64,000 bases of DNA from Sminthopsis crassicaudata (taxonomy: Eukaryota), in NCBI RefSeq assembly GCF_048593235.1, contig NC_133618.1, positions 457,257,294 to 457,321,293 on the forward strand, read 5' to 3'. Of this stretch, positions 10,891 to 23,589 are shown one piece after another. Each line of letters opens with the position of its first letter. The first letter of the stretch is position 1. The notes beneath the pieces were generated by a model. It had not been told where the DNA came from. It worked only from the letters and a program-made list of their open reading frames with translations, and did not search any database. The translations under genes and the position numbers were made by a program.

Positions 10891-11829
10891 GATAACTCAA
10901 GCACACATTAAAAAGACAGGAAAATGGTTTGGGTAGCAGAACAACTGAAGGCCTGGGTGTATATGAGGAAGAAAGAGATAAGACTGTAGATTGTGTGAAT
11001 ATAGAATGTGAGAGGGCCCTGAATGCCCATTTAATAAATTTGGACTTTATGCAATAAATAATGGGGAGTTTTTGCATGTTTTTGAGTGGTATAGAATCTT
11101 GTGATCTGAGCTGTGACATTGGGAAACTCATCAGATAGGTCTGTGGGGGAGACAAACAGTCCACTGAAGGTGATAAGAGCATGAGGTAGCTTCTTCAGTA
11201 GTCTTTTCATTAGGGAATGAGTTCTTCAACAGTGGTAACAGCAGGAGGCAGGCTGATAGTAATAATATTGAGCCATTCCCACTGCTTCAAGAGCAGAAAG
11301 GCTCATAGGATAATGAAGATGATGGCTACCATTTATGTAGTATGTTGAGGTTTACAAAGTGCTTTATAAATATTATCTCATTTGATCCTTGCAACAACCT
11401 CATGAAGTAGGGAACTATTATGCCCAATTTACAAATGTAGAAACAATCAGGTGGGCAAAGTGAGATCATACATATAATTGTACAGGATTTGAACTCAGCT
11501 CTTCCTTACTCCAGTTCCTACGCATTACAAACTTTGTCATCTAGCTCCTTCTATCCCTGAGACCAGGAAGGTAGTACAGGGCTTCTAGGTCGCCTCTGAA
11601 ATCCATGGACTCTGAGCTTGAGTTCTAGGTTTAGTTCATCTGTCTGTGACCTTGGACAAGAGACAGCTTCCCTCTGCTTTCATTGGCCAAATGAGGGGTT
11701 GGACCGGCTGATTCTTCAGGTCCCTTGTACCTCTAAGAATTTATGATTTCCTCCACATCTAATTGATAGGGATGGTGAGAGGCCAGGGCTCAGAGATTTT
11801 GCCCAAGATGACATCACTTGTTTGAATAA

Positions 11830-12030
11830 TTTTGAATATGTATATTATACTCACAAACATGTATATATGCAGGTATACATGTATGTATAGTATATATACA
11901 ATACATTATGTAGATATATACTTATATACATGTGCATATAGATGTGTATACTTATTTACATGGACATATGAGTATACAGATATAAATTCATGTATAAATA
12001 CACATATAAAGTATCTATTAAATAATTTTT
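11830..12030. repeat. TA/TG/CA low-complexity microsatellite tract
   Basis: Visible degenerate dinucleotide repeats. Confidence 0.8.
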
Positions 12031-14844
12031 AAAGACTGTGTTTATTCTTCTTACCCCCTCCTGAGTACTCCCTGTTGAGAACAGTAAGACACTAGCCTAT
12101 CAGTCTGGTGAATCCAACAGATGGAGTCTGAACTGAGCAACCCGACAAAACTGGAAAAGCAAAGTGGGGAAAAGAAAAATATAAAACCCCCTTGTAATTG
12201 ACAGATGAGAGACTGCCATGCATAATGGGGACAAATGCAGAGTGGAGTATCTCTGGGATTCCCCCACAGCCCGGATGGAGGAAGAGGAGGGTCAGAGCAG
12301 CAGGATGCATGTGTAGGGATGGCGTGAGGCAGAGAGAGAGGGGGGCTGGATCTGTTCCTTTCCGGGCCCCTTGCACGCACTAGCCATCAGATCACTGCTG
12401 AGGACCGCAGAGCAGTACCTGCTGTGTATGCACATTGCTCATTGCCAACAACACGCCTGTGATGACACCCATAGGCTATCATCGATCTCACTTTCCCTCC
12501 ACTACTCTGGAATACTCTGCAATAGCTTTGCTTATGGCTCTGCCTTCAGTAGCCTCACTACATTTTTTAAGTCCCTGATTTAGTTTTGAACAGTCATCAA
12601 AGCAAGAACATTCGTCCTAGTGGCAGATGGCAGGATAATACAACTTGCTGCCCCTTTCCATCCTGTGTAGCAGTCAGTGCTGGGTATCCCACTGATGCAG
12701 TTCCTGTTCAACCTCTAGGAGCCCTGAAATTCCTGGACTGTTGGTCTGATTCTCTCTTTAGGCCATCTGCTCAATGAAATCCAATCAATCTTGATAGAAA
12801 GAAGATCAGTTATTGTGGTCCTGTCCTAAGCCAGTAGCTCAGCTTGGCTTAAAACATCCCAGTGACTCTGATGAGACCTCATCTGTGCCAACAGGGAAAA
12901 GCAAGGGTTCAGTCAATGTCCCCATTAATCAGTTCAGTCTCATTAGACTAGTGTGCCTGGAGCACCCGGCACTAGGTGGAAATTGCAAGCCAAACAAAGT
13001 AATAATCATCCACATAGCCAGCATGCAATCTCTCACTCAGCCTTCCTCTGTATGATAGTTGCTGTTCAAGCAAATGCCCCTAGCAGGTGTCTTTACCCAC
13101 AGTCATAATCTCAGCTTCTTTTGGCACCTGAACTATGGCCCATTATAGACCCACAACGCACAGTTGTGCCCAGGAACTTAAATGAGATACGTATAGGGCC
13201 ATGGGTACTAGAACTGAGAATGAGACGAAAGATGAGACACATTCCTTCTCTTAAGGAATTTAGGGTTATATACAGAAAAACAGGAAGTGTTTCAGAGAGA
13301 CCATCTGATCCAACTTCCCATCCATGCAAGAATCTGCTTGAAAGCACTTACAGAGAATAGGCTAATGACGGATAGAAGTCTTAGGAGAAATAGCACTAGA
13401 TCAGGAGTAGGGACACATAGCTTCTTGTCCCATCAAGCTGTATTACTTTGGACCTTTCTATTATTATTATTATTTCTCCATGTTGGGCAATCTCTCTTAC
13501 CTTCCAGCTCTTTTAGTTTCCTTTTGTATGTCATTATTCATCATTAGATTGAAAATTCTTTAAGGGCTGGGACTGATCCTTTTCATGTCTATTCTAGGAC
13601 TTTTCACAATGCCTGGCACAGAAAAAATACTTAGTAAATATTTCTTGATGGATTGTAAGTAATGAGCTACAGGGAATCAAGCAACTTTACTTTCCATATT
13701 TTCATGTAAGAAATTTGGACTGCATAACCCTAGATTTCCTATCCAACATTAACATTCTTCATTGAAGCTCAGCCTTCAATTATAATCTTTATTCAAAGGT
13801 CCTTCCAAGTTCTAGAAATCTACATTGTAAGATGGCTTCCAGCTCTAGGTCTATATTTTATCATTCTATGTTCTTCAGTCCTGCCCAGTTCTAACAATCT
13901 ATGTCTCCTAAATACCTTTCAGATGTTTAGCTCATAATAATAGGAGAAAATTAGCTATTTCTATACATGTAGAAAATATTGCTTTAGCCCTTGAACAATG
14001 AGTCTGAAAACTCTGAATGCTTTGATGTTCCCTTCAGTATATCACTATGTCTAGGTGACCTAGACATCTCAAACCTGGGTTGCTGGATTTAGTCCCCTGC
14101 CTTTGGCTAGGGGAATATTTATCATTAATTTGAAAACATACTGACTGAGCCTCTATACTATAAGAAAGGGCCTGTGTGAGGCAAAGCGAGGGACTCTTCT
14201 ACAGCAGGCTGTCAGTTTGATTGTTTGTCAGACAGGGATCACAGGTTCAGAGGACTGACCACAATACTGATCTTAGTAGAAGGTGCTTTTTGCCATCCTC
14301 TTTCTCCTTTCTTATCACCATCATTGCAGGAGTCGTGGACTGGCTGAATGGTACTCAGGATAGTTATATAGTGTGATTTGTTTCATAAGTCACTATGGAT
14401 GAAAATCTTATCTGGCGGCCAACTTTCTGCTGATTAGCTTTTCTTGACTTAGCCATGTAGATCTTTGGAGAGCAATTGCTTAATTCTGTCAGATACTTTA
14501 AAGTTGGTAGAATTGACTAGATATGGAGTCATTCTCTCTCTCCATAGTCTCCTCTATAAGATTGTGAGCTCCTTGAGGTCAGGAACTGTCTACTTCTTCT
14601 TCTTAATATATGGTAAGCACTTAGTACATATAAAAGCCTGACATATAATAGGCATTTAACAAATGTTTGCTGATTGATCGTGCAGCTTATGATCTAGTAG
14701 GGAAGAAAAATCATTTCTGAAACTCATCTTTGACAATTATTTTCCTCGCGAGATCATGAGCAACTTAAGAAATTCTGTCTTATTGCTTGCATGCACCTTA
14801 TTTTTCATTCCCCAAACTACAGGATGAACCTTAATCACTTAAAT

Positions 14845-15069
14845 GAATAGTTTTCAAACTTTTTTGTCTCAGGATCTCTTTTTACTCTTAAAAATATTGA
14901 GAACTCCCACCTCTAAGGAGCATTTTATTATGAATTATAGTGATCAATTTTTATTATATTAGAAATTAAAACATCTTAAATTATTATGAAAATGGTCTTG
15001 ATCTCATGTATCTACTGAAAAGATCTCAGGGATCCCTAGAGTCTCCTGACCATATTTTGAGAACTGCTG
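14845..15069. mobile_element. hAT/Charlie-type non-autonomous DNA transposon (MITE, about 225 bp)
   Basis: It starts gaatagttttcaaacttttttgtctcaggatc (CAGTGGTTCTCAAACTTTTTGGTCTCAGGACC-like) and ends ttttgagaactgctg, so both hAT-like TIRs are present. Confidence 0.75.
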
Positions 15070-17089
15070 AAATAAACTATAAATTCATACCTAAATTGGT
15101 ATCTGGAGACCTTCTAGCTGTTTCCAAAATAATCAGATTCCTTTTCAGAGGATGGAGATACACAATCTCTACAAAATGAGGGCTGCAAACTCTAAAGGCA
15201 ATTTGCAATTGGGTGTAGAAATGTTTTAAACCATGGCAACCTTGCTGGACTGAGTATATAGCCTCCCAAGGGGTACTCCTTGGAAGGAGACACTATGTTT
15301 TTCAAAGTATCTAAACTGGGGTATATTTGTTAACCATCCAGAACATTAGTATATAGGATTCAGAACTAAAAGAGACAATGGGGGTTCCCTAATGAAACCC
15401 TCTCATTTCACACAAGGAATTTTCCTTCCCCATCCAAAAGTTCTTAGTTGTTGAACCAGAAGTAGTCTTAGAGGTTGCCTAGGGCATCCTCACATTTTAG
15501 AGAGATGAGAGAGAAGTGAAGGAAGGAAAGAAGAGGAAAGGAGTGGAGAGAAATATAGGGAAGGAGAGGGGAGGAGAGCCCAAAGGGCTTAAGTGACTTA
15601 AGATATTAATATTTTGATGTCCAAATTATAAAAATCATTCAAAGAAGATAAAAACTATGAAAGATTATGAGAAAATGCCCTCAGAAATGCACTCATAGTG
15701 TACATGATGGCACAAAGACATAATCAGCCTAAATATCTATTGAATTTCAAGAACCTATTTCACAGAAACATTTGATGCTTCATAGTCTTGATCTCATGTC
15801 TATAAAGCATCATGACTACTATTTCACAGATGAGGAAGCTCAGATTTCCAGGGCTAAAATAATCTGAATTGTGAATGAAAGATTAATGAATTAGCACAAA
15901 AGCAAAATTGTGCAGAGGCAAAGGATCTCCCAAAACGGTAGGGTCCTTTATTTCCCAAAGCACTAAAAATTTGCAAGGTAGACTGATTTTTTTTTCTAAC
16001 CCAAGTTTTAGACCATGGAGCTGACAATGGATTCAGAAGGAGGCAAACTAAGTTTATTCCAATTTCCCCTTCAAGCAGGTTCTTGGGTTTCTAGAAAGTT
16101 ATCCTTTTAAATCTAATTCTGTTATGCTTCAGATCTTAGAGATGAGCTCTTTCTTACTTTATTTGTATCTTTTAAAGCTATTTCTGAGTTATATTTTTAA
16201 ACTCCTATTTCTTTTCTTTTATTATTATTTTAAAATTTAATGCATATGTATACTTGAATAAATTTTTAAATGGGTAGATTTCCAGTATTTTATTATCTAT
16301 TTATCTTGTAAGGATAAGAGAGGGGAATAGGGAGTAGGGAGAGAGTTGAAAATATCTAAGTTGTTTTAAAATTGCCTAGGACACACTGCTCAGGACATTC
16401 CCTTCTACTAAGGAGCATATAGAAGGAATGAACAGAACATTAAATTTGTTGTGAATGAGGCTGCTGATAATGTTTCAGCTTGGAGATTCTTCTTTTTAGT
16501 TGTTTTAAATCAAAGACAAAACTTTTGATACTCTAAGGTAGTTTTAAACACATGAAAGTCAACAAGAGGAAATGGCAAGAGGTTTAGGGTGAAATAAATG
16601 TAACTGATTTGCAAATCTGTCCCAATTTTCAATATTAAAATTAAATGCACTGTACATTTAAATATCTAGACAATGAAGGGTATGAGGATGAGTTAGGGTA
16701 CTGTGAAGAGGTCCAGAGAAATGCATGTATTGATTTACAAGTTTATATTTTCAGATCTTCAGTAGACAGGGAGAGAGGGATATATGTAATTGTGTATATG
16801 TTCCTGATTTATGATTTCACTGGCATGAGGCACTTCCAGTGTGGAAAGTCCATTTACAAAAATTATCTTGGATCTATGATATTATATTGTATTTATGTAA
16901 TTATATATGTACTCATAAATTGGTGATGGGAGGACAACTTTAGAGATGGTAATAGTTTGACTGACTTGCCCAGAGAGAGAGAGAAAAAGAAAGGAAAGCA
17001 GAAAGGAGAGGAGAGGGAAGAAGAGGAAGAGGGTGATTAAGAGAGAAAAGAAAGGGAAAGAGCAGAAGTGAGGAGAGGGGAGTTAGGAA

Positions 17090-17410
17090 TATCAATAAAA
17101 CAACATATATTTATTAAGTTTCTATTATATGCCAAGCACTGTGCTAAATACTAAGAATACAAAAAGAGGTAAAAGACAGTTCCTATCCTCAAGGACCTCA
17201 CAGCCTAATGAGGAAGAAAATATAACAATTACACACACATATACAAGCAAACTATATAGAGAATAAATACAAAATGATGAACAGAAAGAGGGCACCAGAA
17301 TAAGAACAAAGAGGTAGGAATGAAAAGAAGCCAGAGGGGGGAAAAAAAAAAAAAAAACAATAGGTAGGGGAGGAGAGGAAGCATTCCAAGCATAGATTTA
17401 TTAAGTGTCT
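17090..17410 (-). mobile_element. L2 3'-end fragment
   Basis: tcaataaaacaacatatatttattaag...tgccaagcactgtgctaa...acagttcct.tcctcaagga.ctcaca, the classic L2 tail motif. Confidence 0.7.
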
Positions 17411-17838
17411 ACTTAAGAAGAGAAAGAGAACATATAGGAGAGGAGAGAAGGTAGAGAGAGAACTTTATTTCTTTTATATTTTTTATATCCTACATGAAAG
17501 CCTAGAACTGTAGTTGATTAGTCAATGCTGGCTCTTAAAAAAGGTTTAAACCTGAATTAGCAAACGTTTCTCTTTCTCATTCTGACTTGTATGTTTCCAT
17601 ATTTGTCAGTTTTATCATCTAGTTCGAAGTTGAAGAATCCTGTCTACTCTTTTATTTTTATCTCCCAATGAAATCTAACCCTTTAGTTGCTCAGTCAACA
17701 CTATTTTAACTGGAGACTGTGGTGATGATCAGAGATTAGAACTCATGGGCTTTGTATTTCCAATTTCTGATTTAAACTCCAAAGTTTCCATTTCTCTCTT
17801 TTATAAATGTTTATAAGAGAGGAAGTTATAGATATAGA

Positions 17839-17859
17839 AATATATATATATATATGTAC

Positions 17860-17897
<38 letters not shown>

Positions 17898-17900
17898 GAA
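17839..17900. repeat. Compound (TA)n/(CA)n microsatellite
   Basis: Direct reading. Confidence 0.9.
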
Positions 17901-18493
17901 TATAATATAAATATATGCAATATTCAGTGCATGGTGTGTGCCCATAAATACACACATAAATACACATGGGAATTTTAAACTCAATCACTTGCATCTTTTC
18001 TCCCTTACTTATCTTTTAAACCTTATTTGAACACTGGCCATCCTTGGAAATCAATGACATTGGTCTCCTTCCTGTGTTACTTGCACAAGACACTCCACTT
18101 CAGGCATTAGTACTAGCTAAAGTTCTATTTTCTGCAATAAACTGTTCTCAATACCTCTTATTCTAATATTCTAGCCTACCTTTTATGAATTCTCTCCCCA
18201 ATTTATTATGTATATATGTATGTACATATATATATTATATATACATTTGTATACATGTACGTATCTTGCATAAACATAGTTGTTTGCATATTGTTTTCCC
18301 CATTGCACTACACACTACCGGAGAGAAGGGATTGACTTTTACTTTTCTTCTATCCCTCTCACTTGGTACAGATGCTAGCACAGAGCAAGCACTTTTTCTT
18401 TGTTTAGTCATTTTCAGTCCATATCTTTTACATATGAGGAAACTGAAACAAACAGGTTTAAATGATTTTTTTGAAGTCACATAACTAGAAAAT

Positions 18494-18494
<1 letters not shown>

Positions 18495-18528
<34 letters not shown>
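18495..18528. repeat. (CA)17 microsatellite
   Basis: Direct reading. Confidence 0.95.
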
Positions 18529-18529
<1 letters not shown>

Positions 18530-19147
18530 CAATGAGAGTGAGATGGCAGCATCACAGTGTGAGATGGGAACTGGAAACACAAAGAGCATGCATTTCTAAA
18601 TCCCTGATCATCACTTCAGTAGCCAGGCAAATAGTGTTATCTGAGCAACTGGAGTATTAGACTTCGCTAGGAGATAACAATGAAAGAGTAGACATGGTTC
18701 TTTAACCCTGGGAAGTAGGAAATATAAGTGACAAATGCATGAGCACACTCGGAAATAGAAAGAGAAATATTTGACTAATTCAAGTTAATTCAGCAAACTT
18801 TTATTTAAGGGCTACCACTAAGACAATGTTAGGTTACTTCGGATCAACAGTAAAATTGGCAAGCTGATAACAATCAAAAGCTTGGAGAATTTTATAGATG
18901 GATAGAACTCAGGAATACAGAATGTTAGTATTAAATTCTAACAGACATACTGGAAGAATTCATGGAACTCATCTAATCCAAACCATTTCATTTTACAGAA
19001 AAGGAAATCAGAGGCAAGACAGAGGAGGTAACTCGGCCAGGTTCACACATATAACTAGTGTCAATAATGGGTTTAAAATAGAAATATCTTGGCTCCAAAT
19101 TCAATCTTGTTTCAGCTTACTCAACTAGAGAATACTAGCTCATTTCA

Positions 19148-19300
19148 TAGGATAGTTAGGTGGCACAATGGATAGAGTGTGGGCCCGGAGTCAAGAGGAC
19201 TCATCATCCCAAGTTCAAATTTGATCTCAAATACTTAGTAGCTGTGTGACCCTGAGTAAGTCCCATACCCTGCTTGTCTTAGTTTCTTTATCTGTATCAC
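19148..19300 (+). mobile_element. MAR1-type marsupial SINE fragment
   Basis: ggatagttaggtggcacaatggatagagtg...gagtcaagaggactcatc...agttcaaat...gctgtgtgaccctg. Confidence 0.75.
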
Positions 19301-22300
19301 AAATGAAAAATGATTGAAAAACAATAATAATTCCCTTAATGAATTGGGAATAATCAAAAAAGAAATGAGAAGTAAATGCAAACAAAATAGGAAAAAGATT
19401 TTTCCATAGTCCCTGAGGTTCCCCTTATAAACTGAATTAGCTCAAGATTACTCTAGTAGATGACAGAACAATTCCCTGATAATTAATTCTGAATAAAGGA
19501 TAATCTTCCTAAGAGGCAGACTTTATAGGTAATAATGGTTGTGCTCTGACTCAATGCAAGTCAACTGTAATGTTCTGTTAGCTGTGTTTGGAACCCAAAT
19601 ATGAAAGAGACATAAATTTAGGGCACTGTGATATTCCTATTAATTTAACCAAAATTTTGTGGAATTGTTTAGGAGGAGGAGAAAGATAAGAAGGATAATT
19701 TTTGTTGTTATTCAGCAGTGCTTGACTCTTTATGACCACATGGACCATAGCATGCCAATATTATTCACAAGATTTTCTTGCAAAGATACTGGATTGGTTT
19801 GCCATTTCCTTCTCCATTGATTTAAGACAAACAGAGGTTAAGTTACTTAACTAAGATCACACAGCTAGTGAGTGTCTGGAAAGTTGTATTTGACCCAGCA
19901 CTCCAATCACTATACCAGGAGGAAAATAGGGTAAGGCATTTTATTTCTTAAAGTTTTATTAATTCTGGTCCCCTGTTTTTGAAATTAAGCAACCCAATTC
20001 AAAAACATCCCCCATATATAATCTTGGCTCTTTAAGTTCCTTCCTGCATAATCTTGGATGAGTCGTTCCATCTCTCAGTTGCCCTACTATTAAACTGAAA
20101 ATCTTGCCTATCGCACATTTTGGCTGTTTCACAAAAAAAAAAAAAAAAAAAAAAAATATCTATGTTGTAAATCAATTCCAAATTCCTGATCTTATGACTT
20201 CTCCATTATACTTACTCTCTTCCTCCTCTACTTTCTTTCCCTTCCTATTCTCCCTAGATTCTAAAGGCCAGATAAATGGAATATAATATATTGTTTGGGT
20301 TGGTAGGAAGACAGCAATTATTCTCCTTTTCTTCTCTCCATTTTCCATTCCTAAATGTAACCTTGTTTTGGTAAGTTTAAATCATTAAGTTCCTAATATC
20401 ACCAAATTTTGTTATTATTATAGTATTAAACAGAACTAATAAAGTACTGTTTCATTTATATTGTACTTAATGCTTAAAGAGTACTTTCACATATTATCTC
20501 ACTGAAATCTAATAAAAGGAGACAGAATGCTTATTATCTCCATTTCACAACTGATGAAGTTAAAAATCCCTGAAAAGTAGAATATTTTCCCAAGCTTATA
20601 TAACTAGTAAGTAGCCAGACTAGAACCAGAACCCCAGCATTCTACACTCTATTCCAGTAGTCTTTCCAATATAGCACACTGCCACCATAATTATTATGAA
20701 TGTTTTCTTCCTATGTGTCTCATTGAGTTATACTTCAAGTTGCTCAGTCTTTTTAATCTTGATTAACTCTTTTCATCCCATTTGGAGTTTTCTGGGAAAG
20801 ATTATTAGAGTGGTTAGCCATGTCCCTCTCTAGCTCATAATACAAAATGGGAAACTGAGGCAGAATGAAATGACTTGCCTAAAGTCACAAAAACGTCACA
20901 CAATCAGTAAGTATTTGATTTGAACTCGTCTTCCTGACTAAACATAGCGTTCTAAACATAGTCCACTTTGCCAAATAGTTGCTTCATAGCTATTGCCAAA
21001 CAATGAAAGGAAATCTGTCTTCTTTGGAGACTCTTCATAGAATACTCTGAACAAAGAATAATTTATTTCCTTTTAGCCACAGGGATGGACAAAGATTAAA
21101 AGATTTTACCTAAGTATCCTAACATATAACTACATACCTAGCATTCTCTGTTCTGAAAGGGTCTTACTCTGGGATCTTCCTATCTGGCTTACTCTGATTT
21201 TAACTGAACTATCCAAGAATTAAGTTCAATTCAAACAAAATTTTACTTAGTAAATATTAATTGAAAAGATTGTCTTGACTAGAGCAGTTAAAAGTAGAGA
21301 CACAGGAAAGAATAGAAAATTCTTCAATTTCCCATTCCAACAAACTGAGATTTAGCACTAGAGAATAGTGGGAATAATGTCTTTAGCCGAGCAGAACAAA
21401 TTCCCCCTCTGATGTTATTCAGTAAAATAATAGAGATCAATCCTGGGAAGCCATTTGCACTGAGAGCCCGGCATACATGCCCAGATGGATCCTGAGGAAT
21501 TCGTTTATTTTTCTAGGTGTGCATGATGGAGGAGAGAAATAATGTTTTGTTTGTTTTGGGGGATTTTGTGTATGCTTTTTTAAGGAGTGTAGAAAAGGTG
21601 TGTGTTGGAGGGGGGAATGGTGGGGGTGGGGGTGGGTGGAGAATGTCTCCAAACCTGATCATGTCTCATAGCAACGTGTGATGCTGATAGCTCAGAAGTA
21701 GACTCAGACTCCAGTCACTTTTCAGATAAGGCAATCTTCTGGGATTATAAACAAGATATGATAACTCCCTCCCCTGAGGCCCTGCCTCCTCTACCCTTTA
21801 TTTTATCTGCTACCCATTGCTTCTCAGCTTATTCACCTGCAATGACTTAAGCTTCAGTGAGTTTGATTTAATATAACCAGATCAGAGAAAGAGTTCTCAG
21901 CACAAATATGTAAATATATGATACATACCACAAATGTGTATGTGTTTTAACTCTGCTATTAAATTTTAAAATAGTAGATTGGAATAACATGATAAAGATA
22001 GAAAGAGGAAGGGAAAAAGAATGTTTATAGTTCTATCTGCAGATCTTTCTCCCTTTTCTGTTCTCTGTTTCTCTGTCTCTGTCTGTCTGTCTCTCTGTGT
22101 CTCTCTGTGTCTCTCTGTTTCTCTCCATGTCTCTGTCTCTGATTCTCATTCTCTCCCTACCTCCCTCCATTCTTTTTTTCTTCCCTCCTTTCCTCCACTA
22201 AGAAAGGCAGTATGTATCATACTGAAAAGAGGGTCAGCTTTGGACTCTGAAAGACCTGAGTTTGAGTTATTTCTTTGACATATACACTTTGGCTTCATAA

Positions 22301-23589
22301 ATCACCTCACTTCTTAGTACCTCAGGTAGCTCTCCAAGACTGTAAGGTGCAAAGTAGTTTCTGGTCTATGTTAATAAAAGAACTGCTCACCTATAGGTCC
22401 CAAACACACACATACATATATACATATACATACATGTATAGACAAAATGTACATATTCTTTTGAGTTTTCATTCTATCATCCCTATCTCTAGTTATTGAG
22501 TAAAACTTCATGCACCATATAAAAGAAAACAGCTCTTAACTTTTTAGTATAAATTATTTTTTTTCTCTTTTTTTGGTGGGTAGAGGAAAAAAAAAATCTG
22601 TGTTTGAAATGACTTTTTCTTAGAGGGAAAGCGAACACATTTACTTTCCTCTTTCATGTGCAGAATTCATAAGAATTCTTCATTCCCAACTCCCTACTGC
22701 TCTGGGCTTAGAGCCAGTGTGGTCCTTTATCTCATGCAAGGCAGGAGAGAGGCCAGATACCATCACAAGTCAGTAGTTATGAGCAAATCAGAAGTCACTG
22801 CTGGTTTTTAATGTCTGTGATACCCAAGAGAGGCAGATGGCACTCAGAGGGAAACTCAGAGTCATCTTTGGCTCTTCTCACTTCAGCAGGCCTTAAGTCC
22901 CAAGTCCAATTTTAACAGGGAAAAAGAGTGCAGCAGGGAGACACATACATATATGCCAATTACAGGTTGGGATGATGGACACATATGGATCACAATCTAG
23001 GATAAAACAACTGGGAGGGGAATAGGTAATAAATCAAGGAAGCGTCACTTGAGAACCAGAACAGAGAAATGCATTCAATTCTCAAGTTAGATTCAAGAGC
23101 CAAAAAACTGGTCTAAGATACTTTTAAATTAAATTAAGGCTGGCAGAATTTGATTGTCAGAAGGAAGTTATAACATTAGATTTGTAATCAGTAAATCTTA
23201 GTTCTTTACAATACTACCTATGTTATGGCATGTCACATCAACTCTTTGGGTCTTGGTTCCCTTATCAATAAAATTCAATTCAGCAAGCATTTATAAACAT
23301 TTAATGTGTGCCAGGAATTCTAACAAATGTGAGGGGAAAATCAAACTGTCCTGCCTTAAACAACATGTACATAGATAAATCAATATTGTGAACTTTCTCT
23401 CTCTCCCTTCCTCCCCCCATTCCCTGTTCCTTCTCTTCCTTCCCCACCTTTTCTTTCTCTCCCTTCTTTCTCTCTCTCCATCTTTTCCTCTCTCTTTTCC
23501 TCTCTTCCTTTCTATCTACTGCTTCCTTTCCATCTATCTACAAAGTTTTCCCATGCATTACAGAAGAAAAAAAAAAAAGATCTTCACTT

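Noticed and set aside
10736-11182. 148-aa ORF
   Set aside because: It spans L3 and L2 relics and shows no protein-family signal.
20131-20155. Other long poly(A)/poly(T) runs (also about 8815-8839, 17342-17357 and 39168-39184) as poly(A)-only insertions
   Set aside because: No convincing flanking TSD, unlike 59781-59825.
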